Shown here in pieces: positions 55,171-64,000 of a stretch of 64,000 nt of DNA (positions within the stretch are counted from its first letter, which is position 1; each line of letters begins with the position of its first letter). The notes under the pieces are model-generated. The model worked only from the letters and a program-made list of their open reading frames with translations. It was not told the origin of the DNA and made no database searches. The position numbers and the translations under genes were made by a program. Origin of the DNA: Octopus vulgaris (Eukaryota); contig OX597822.1 in NCBI GenBank assembly GCA_951406725.2, positions 40,734,001 to 40,798,000 of the forward strand. Direction: 5' to 3'.

Positions 55171-56903
55171 ATGTCTAGTGACCTGAGCAGGTGGTCCTAG
55201 AAACTGCAACTTATTTTACCTGTGTCAGATATAAGAGAGAAAGTTGATCTCAGCGCTGTTTGAATTTTGAATGTCATGTTCGTCCGTTGGAGCAAGGGGG
55301 GCCATCTAGTCATTCTTGAGGATAACTAATGACTTGCGCAGTGATTGTTTAGTGAAGTAAAGTTGTGCACTGTCAACCTCACTGTTTCATCTGTGACCAC
55401 CTTCAACCCAATAGTATGACCACGTCAAATTGACTGTGATAGAGACGAATGCAGTAATTGACAAACGTGCCTTTCTTGTTTCATTTTTCTCTCTGCACTC
55501 CAGAATGCGTTGCTGCAGCCGCTTTCCCCTCCGTTAACATGCATAGTTAGGCAAACCCTAATATGCTACTACTCCAAATGAAAGTAGACCTAGCTAAGAA
55601 GTGATTCTGCACTCATAATAAAAAGCCCTTGGAACTCCCGAACCAGGACCAACAACTGAATAAAGTTTAAATTCACTCCCAGATTTGGAACGTAGGATGT
55701 TTCCGTAAAGAATACGTGTTATCATTCTATCAATTATGCCATTTAACATAATTTATATTGTAATAATATGTGGGTGTGTATATGATTCACGTTGTGTGTA
55801 TGCAAGTGAGCGACCCACTGCGTGTGTGTATGTATACTTAGGCGTGTAGATTTGTTTATTATACGTATTTGTGCGTGTATGTGACTATGGATGTTTGTGT
55901 GTGTGCATATATCTATGTATACGTGTTTGTATGCTAATGCATGTGTATATATGTATGTTTGTGTCTATGAATGTCAGCGTACATATACGTCCATGTCTAT
56001 GTCTACTGGTGTATAAATTTGCGTATATGATATTCTGTGGTGAGTGTGGAAGGAAGAGGAAAATGTGATAAATATTTCCGTTTCTCGCATAACAGCTATC
56101 GTTCTAATCCGATAACTCAAACCTCCCCTCAAATCACACCCTATTATTTTCATAATAATAATAACAAAAAAGAATGGACAACGTATTTTTGGCTTTACTG
56201 TATACAGGAAACCAACGAGATGGTCATAGTTGGAACATATTTGACTAGGTCTGCAGCATCAGCTGGGGCTAAACCACAACTTTTATTTCAAACTTCTCCA
56301 TTTCACTGCCTTTCGCCTTCCCTCAGCTCTTCTCATTTACTCATGTCGGCCACACTTCACTCATTCAGCCACACTACTTCCCGCTGCTACACACACAGTC
56401 ACTCTCCCTCAATGTCATTACTTTACACTTACAACTACTCCTCGTCCACCCACTCAGCCTCTCCTCTTCCTCGTTCTCTTCCTTCTCTTACCTGTGTTAT
56501 ATTACAATATGTGACATCGTCGTAACATCCAACATGGCGCTAGAGCAGACAGAGCGGCGGCCTTCCAATGATGCCGTTCAGTGTAGCATGGCGTTAAACA
56601 CCCGCCGTAACATATACCACATCACTTGACATGATTAAGGGCCTCGCGTGGAACATAATAAGGGTGAAGAGTGGTTACCATGGTTACTGTTACCAACAGC
56701 TGACACCCCTATAGTTTTCAGATTCTCATTTCCTGATGTAGTCAGTTACATGTGGTGTTGTTGTTATTGTTGTTGTTGCTGTTGTTGTTGATTTCGACTT
56801 TCTCTTGGAATATACACCCACATATGTACACAGCGGTATACTTGTAAATGTATACATACACACACATACACTCATATATATATATATATGTTTGTATGTA
56901 TAC

Positions 56904-57000
<97 letters not shown>

Positions 57001-57633
57001 ATGTATATGAAAACACATATACATATATAAAAACATTTGCTATTTACACTCAGAGATATGAACAAGGGTGCATATGCACAAAACACACACATACACACTC
57101 ACAAACACACATATATACATAACACATACAACACACATGCAACACATCCATCCATACATACATGCATACATGCATACATGCATACATACGTACATACTGA
57201 TACACATGCGCACACGTTTAATGCTCGATTATATATCCATAGGCCATGTTTCGTATATTTATATACATGAGCATTGATATTGCTGTGTATTAAGAAATTA
57301 AGTACGTATGACGAGTATGTCTGTATGTACGTACGAATGCATGTATGTATGTACGTACGGATGTAGGTATGTATGTATGAACGTATTTACGTATGTATGT
57401 ATGTACGTATGTATGCATTTATATATGTATGTATGTACGCATGTATGTATGTATGTATGTATGCATGTAAATTTGTAAGTATGACTGCATGTATGCATGA
57501 ATGTGTGTATTAGTGTATGTATGTACGTATGTATGCCTATATGAATGTACATATATAAGTATGTATGTTTGTATGTATGTTTGTGTGTGTGTATGTATGC
57601 ATGTAAAATATTTTTATAAACAGAAATATGTAA

Positions 57634-57678
<45 letters not shown>

Positions 57679-57793
57679 TACACTTAAAGACAAATATATA
57701 TAAATATATACGCATACATATTCACCCCTGTATATATATATATACGTGTGTGTGTGTATGTATATATATATAGACATGTATACACATACACAC

Positions 57794-57946
<153 letters not shown>

Positions 57947-58104
57947 GGGTGTGGGAGTGTATTTGTGTACATGTGTGGGTATATATGTATATTCGCGAGT
58001 CTATAGCAGCATAAACACACCGAAAGTCTGTGATATAGAATATGCCCTCGGCTTGCTTTATTCAACGGTCACCGTTTCCGACAGAAATTGTTTATTCAGA
58101 AGAG

Positions 58105-58235
58105 AGGCACCGAAACCGGAAGTTAAGATAAAGCGCAGTGAAATGGCGGTCATTGGATAAGGCTTTGGCTAGCAAAACGCCACTGGAAGCTAATGGAGTC
58201 ACAATATCACTGTGTTGCCCCCTGGCGCCAATGAA
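58105..58235. promoter_or_regulatory. Candidate promoter/insulator motif cluster
   Basis: ACCGGAAGT (ETS) 58115, AGATAA 58126, AAATGGCGG (YY1-like) 58141, ATTGG 58152, CTCF-like GGCGCCAGGGGGCAAC on minus 58214-58229, CCAAT 58228. Confidence 0.4.
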
Positions 58236-58467
58236 ACATGCCTTGACATAGAGATAGTTGCTGTTGTTGTTTGCTTTGTTAGTTTTTGTATTTTTTTTCT
58301 TCTTTTATTCTTTTTTACCTTGTATTTATTTTTTGTGTGTTTTCACTCCCAGTGTAAACTGAGTCAACATTTTGCTCGATGGATTTAAATAGAATGAAAT
58401 ATGTAGATCAAGATTGATGTTATCCTCATTGTATCTCTAATGCTCGTTCTCTGTATATACACCGTGC

Positions 58468-58585
<118 letters not shown>

Positions 58586-59093
58586 GTATATGTATATGTA
58601 TGTATGTATTTGCAGACATCCATCTGTTTATGAGTAAATATATATGTGTGTATATATTTACATAGTTGTATGCGTGCGTGTGAAAAATACATGTTCGTCC
58701 GTGTTTGGGAGAGCATGCGAAAATCTTATGCAAGGGGAATCTTCGTATGCTTATATCAACGGGCTCGTCTGTGTTTGTATGTTTAGGCTGTATGTGAGTG
58801 TTTATACGCTAAATGCGCGTGTCTGTATATGGGCGTGTTGTTTGTTATACATATATGTTTTATGTATATTATTATGTATATTTTATTACGAAGAGTATTT
58901 TTCAGCTTCTAAGTTCTATATTTCATGCATGTGGAGATTACATACAGATATACACACTCGCAGACGTTCACACCCAGCGCACACGTTTACACACACGCAC
59001 ATACCTAAATACACACATATGCCTGTATGTATATTTTATATATAAATGTGTGTGTGTTTGTATGTACATACATATATGCAAATATATACACTC

Positions 59094-59139
<46 letters not shown>

Positions 59140-59185
59140 TTATCTATCTCTCTATCTAACTGATAGAGAGAGAGAGATACATGCA

Positions 59186-59325
<140 letters not shown>

Positions 59326-59405
59326 CTGATATATATATATATGCATATATATGTATATATATGTATATATACATATATATATACATATATACATACATAT
59401 ATATT

Positions 59406-59441
<36 letters not shown>

Positions 59442-60356
59442 AGCATATATACATATATATACACATATATATTGATATAAATATAGATATATACATATAT
59501 ATATGTATATATATATACATATATATATATATTTACACACACACACAAACACCCACAAACACACACACACACTCACACACACACACACAATGTATGCTCC
59601 TGTGGTCCTGTCGCAAATCATGTAGAAATATAGTATAGCTATGTAAGCTATCAGTATGTATGTACATAGAGTGACGTGGTCCCTATGTGCGCGTGTATAT
59701 TATATGGGGAATGCGTGAGAGCCTGTGTGTTCTGCTTTTATCGATCAAGTCTTTCTATGCGTGTATATCTCTTGCCAATATTGTTTTGCGTATTCTTATT
59801 GTGTTTTGTCTGCGTGTGGGGTGGGGGTGGGGACACGAATCGGTGTTTACATTCTCTGCATGTATGCGCGCGCGAGTGTGTGTGTATATTTGTTTGTGAT
59901 TGCTTGTGTGTGTGTGTGTGTGTGTGTGTGTATTTCTTTGCTGATGTGATTACCAGACGCAATCTTCAGAAGCTGATTATACAGACGTAATATCCTGCAT
60001 ACTTAAAACTATTTGTTTTTTACATTATCACGGGAAGGCGGGGCAGCGCCCATGAACATCATGGACGCTCTTCCGCAGACTGAGCGTATTCTTTCCAATA
60101 ATCTATCTCGGTCTTGAATACGTATAGGTTTAAGTATATTGGCTGGGGGTCGGGTAGGGCGGAATAGGGTGGAGTGAGACACTGGTGCTGCAGAAGAGAT
60201 TTAAAGATTTAAAGACCTGAAGAAACAGATTTTAGTAAAGTGTCCAAAGAGGAATTTTGGGGAGTGGGGTAATCTAGAGATGAGAAAAGTGTGGGAGATG
60301 TGATAGGGGGATTAAATGTGAACAAGCATGAAGATGTTATTGTAAGCGCAGTGTGT

Positions 60357-60426
<70 letters not shown>

Positions 60427-60518
60427 AACGAAGGAGATTGGTTGCTAGCCATACTGGTAACATGTAACCCAGTACAACCTGCAGCGTGACCAAGTTGTCG
60501 ACCACCATACTATCAAAC

Positions 60519-60753
60519 TGAAGGCGGTGAGCTGGCAGAATCGTTACCGCGCCGGGCGAAATGCTTTGCGGTATTTCGTCTGCCGCTACGTTCTGAGTTC
60601 AAATTCCGCCGAGGTCGACGTTGCCTTTCATCCTTTCGGGGTCGATAAATTAAGTACCAGTTACGCACTGGGGTCGATATAATCAACTTAATCCGTTTTT
60701 CTGTCCTTGTTTGTTCCCTCTGTGTTTAACCCCTTGTGGGTAGTAAAGAAATT
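60519..60753 (+). mobile_element. Full-length SINE family B
   Basis: Complete unit with a 17-bp TSD ccacca(t/c)actatcaaac at 60502-60518 and 60754-60770. Confidence 0.94.
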
Positions 60754-61231
60754 CCACCACACTATCAAACCCACTAAGCTTGCTTATTGAGGTGGGGTGA
60801 TTTTGGACACCCTGAAGAATGAAAAACAAGACTTGTCAAAGAACAGTTGCACTCAGGCAAGGCATTGGCTGTCCAGTATTGTCTACATGTGCTCATTAAA
60901 TGTGTTTATATTTTTAGTTGCCTGGTCACATCGAAATGAGGAATGGATCAGGGAACCTTCTTCCTCACAGCTTCGAATTTGGCGAAGAAAGTAAATGCGA
61001 GTAACTGGTGCAGATGGAAACGTATTATCATGCTGAGCTAGAAGCCATGATGCAGCGCAAATATCTGGATCGATGCAGGCAAATATTGGCCATGTTTCTT
61101 TGTAGCCGAGTATACACGAAGTTAAACGATTTTGAGAGAATTGGGTATTCCTTCAGCCATTCTAACAGACGCCTGGATTCTAATACAAACTCAAGTTGCT
61201 TTGATTTAATCATGCTACTTGATACATATAT

Positions 61232-61462
61232 ATTTCTTTACTACCCACAAGGGGCTAAACACAGAGGGGACAAACAAGGACAGACAAAGGGATTAAGTCG
61301 ATTACATCGATCCCAGTGCGTAACTGGTACTTAATTTATCGACCCCGAAAGGATGAAAGGCAAAGTCGACCTCGGCGGGATTTGAACTCGGAACGCAACG
61401 ACAGACGAAATACGGCTACGAATTTCGCCTGGCGTGCTAACGTTTCTGCCAGCTCGCCGCCT
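61232..61462 (-). mobile_element. Full-length SINE family B
   Basis: Reverse complement of 60523-60753. Confidence 0.93.
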
Positions 61463-61669
61463 TATTACATATAGTTTATGAACTTGATACATATAGTTTA
61501 TGAACGAGAGAATGAGTCGGATACGTGCACAGAAAGTAACCTTGCATTGGACTAGGACCTGTATTTGGCGAATGAGTCTTTGTGGTACACGATTGACAGA
61601 TCTCCAGCTATGGATAAAATAGTCGTGTGGTGGTGCCGAGAATATTCCACACTTCTGGCTGCAGCATAT

Positions 61670-61839
61670 ATTCTTTTATTCTTTTGTTTTTACTTGTTTC
61701 AGTTATTTGACTGCGGCCATGCTGGAGCACCGCCTTTAGTCGAACAAATCGACCCCAGGAATTATTTGCTGAACCGCTAAGTTACGGGGATGTAAACACA
61801 CCAGCTTCAGTTGGCTGGAGGACAAACACACACACACAA

Positions 61840-61894
<55 letters not shown>

Positions 61895-62052
61895 GACGGG
61901 CTTCATTCAGTTTCCGTCTACCAAATCCACTCACAAGGCTTTGGTCGGCCCGAGGCTAGAGTGAAAGACAGCTGCCCAAGGTGCCACGCAGTGGGTCCGA
62001 ACCTCGAACCATGTGGTTGGTAAGCAAGCTACTTAGCACAGCCACTCCAGCA
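61670..62052 (-). mobile_element. SINE family A
   Basis: Reverse-complement match with an internal (TA)n. Confidence 0.9.
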
Positions 62053-62223
62053 TTTAAACATTATTCATTTTATCATAACATTAAAAACATTTACATTATT
62101 TACATTTGACGGATATTTGTCCTCATCTTGTTTGTTGTTAATACAACGTTTTGGCTGATATACCCTCCATTTTGGTTACTGAAAGTTTATAGGCTGGTTG
62201 TTATATTTATTGACAATGTTGTA

Positions 62224-62870
62224 CTGGGTGTTCAGGTTAAATTTGACAGTTTGCATAAAAGGAAAAGGAAACTCAATATTTCATCCAAAAATAAAAGTAT
62301 TTTAAAAATCAAAAAATAAATATTATGGCTGAGAGATACTGGTTTACTCAAAGTAGCCGCTCTCAGTTTCTACCGCGCCCTCACGATGGCTCCGGAACCT
62401 GGTGCATGCATTCCTCACTGTGCTCCTAGAAAGATCTTCGAATACCTCCTTCATCTTGGTCACCAGCTCAACCTTGGTGTTTCAGGTAGAGCTGTTGGTG
62501 TCTTTCTCAACTGTGCCCCACATATAGTAATCTATAATATTACAATCAAGAGGATTAGGAGGTCAGAAATAGGGGCTGGTGAAGTTTTAGACATTCTCCG
62601 ACAACCATTTCTGACTATTTCTGGATGTTTGGCAAGGGGCCGAATCTTACTACCTCATATGTGCCCTTCCAATAGCAATCTTCTCCAACCAGGATTTGAC
62701 CAGCTGCTTCATATAGCCGTCTGAATTGAGGTTAAGGCCCTGTTCAAAAGTGTGGGGCGGCATGATGTCCCTCTCATTGGAGACATACCCAAAGATCCTC
62801 AGAATTTGGGGAGACTTCGTTTTTATGGTGGCCATTTCGCGTCTTACAGCCTTTACAGTGTTCACAGAGC
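62224..62870 (-). mobile_element. maT-type (DD37D) Tc1/mariner transposase pseudogene fragment
   Basis: GYVSNERDIMPPHTFEQGL..DSAPCQTS..W..PPNPLDCNIIDYYMWG: 37 codons separate the last two Asp residues. In-frame stops present. Confidence 0.85.
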
Positions 62871-63653
62871 ATTGATGCCGGCAGGTAACTCTTTTTTCAG
62901 TATTCAAATGGCTTCCACTCGTCCATGTTACCAAACTTTTTCTCAACCTCAGGTTTAATTTTTATGCTTTCTAACGCCATTAACTGTTCATCATTGCATC
63001 AAGAGATTCTTGAAAAGAAGGAAACAAAATCGCCAAATTTAGCCCGAAGAACTCATACATATATTTACAATTCAAAATGGCCACCCTTTCCTTTCACCAC
63101 AGTCCTTAATCTTTGTTTGAATCGTTAATAACCTATTATGTTTAAATAATGGGTAAACACATGTACAGCACCTGGTACAACAAATAAATATACATACTTA
63201 TGTTAGTTTCAGGCACATGGAAACGATAGTATAGATGGAAGTAGTTGTGGTTATGTGTGTCCCCTCTGCTTGACTGAGTCCGTTATTGAACGCTGCTAAG
63301 CCAATCATTGTATTCATTGATTACTGATGGCTGAAACAGATGTTAGACCTTTAACAGTGACAACGAGGTTACCATACATTTGTGACAATGAAATACCGCC
63401 ACTTTCGAAGCTTCAGGAACATCGAAGGTACAGTACAGGCGAGACCATTTCTGCTTCTCTGGTACCCTTGATGGATGCGCCTCATGCTGAGATCTTTGTG
63501 TTTGTTAATCACAAGCGGACGAACATGAGAGTATGAAGCGTTTTCTTCTGTTCCCAACATTTTTCATTATCACTTTGATATTTTATTTATTCATTTGCAG
63601 TTCTTCGTCAAATAACACATATATGCTTCAAAAACACGACTATTTTCTAGTTA

Positions 63654-63687
<34 letters not shown>

Positions 63688-63688
63688 C

Positions 63689-63748
<60 letters not shown>

Positions 63749-63836
63749 AGAATTCACGAAAAAAAACAAAAAACGAAGACAGGTGGTGTAGAAAACAAAC
63801 AGATGTATTAGTATAACGCTCGGGAATTGAAAAAGT

Positions 63837-63872
63837 CTTTAACGTTTCGAGCTTACGCTCTTCCACAGAAAG
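63837..63872 (-). ncRNA. Minimal hammerhead variant in a ~176-bp microsatellite-flanked module (63747-63922)
   Basis: cttt-CTGTGGA-a-gagc-gtaa-gctc-GAAA-cgTT-aaag. Stems I and II are perfect with a GNRA loop; palindromic AACGTT replaces helix III; A6 is changed to U. Confidence 0.65.
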
Positions 63873-63921
63873 GAACACAGAAAGAAACAAGGAGAGAAAA
63901 AAATGTGTGTAGTGGCTACCG

Positions 63922-63993
<72 letters not shown>

Positions 63994-64000
63994 TTTATTA

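Noticed and set aside
60790-61668. Possible hAT transposase remnant (..VWWCREYSTLLAAAY)
   Set aside because: Only a faint resemblance to the hAT dimerisation motif; too decayed to call without a search.
63196-63299. Possible terminal exon (tttcag|AHGNDS..YVCPLC..*) and nearby CTGATGG-ct-GAAA
   Set aside because: Short, with no partner exons; the HHR-like string lacks stems I and II.

Overview
Repeat-saturated, AT-rich eukaryotic DNA with no recognisable intact host protein-coding gene. The SINE families and extreme microsatellite density suggest an octopod cephalopod (inference from recall of Octopus repeats, not a search). Positions 1-13223 recur at 15802-28564 on the far side of a 100-N gap, probably uncollapsed haplotypes. 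The window holds four tRNA-headed SINE families, hAT, mariner and Tc1 MITEs, and decayed R4/Dong, RTE, Tx1/L1, Penelope-like and maT (DD37D) fragments. Almost all ORFs in the supplied track are microsatellite translations. The most notable signal is a set of minimal type I hammerhead ribozyme (HHR) motifs inside short non-coding modules bounded by microsatellites. At 6073-7275, two minus-strand HHRs with intact core boxes lie 523 nt apart in a tandem unit, followed by an inverted copy that forms a ~360-bp hairpin. This is the layout of a Penelope pLTR or retrozyme. A second theme is microsatellite-targeted retroposition: a ~540-bp non-coding element always ending in (AAT)n next to Dong/R4 RT fragments, and Tx1-like 3' ends set in (GATA)n or (AAT)n. 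All alignments, folds and translations were done by eye.
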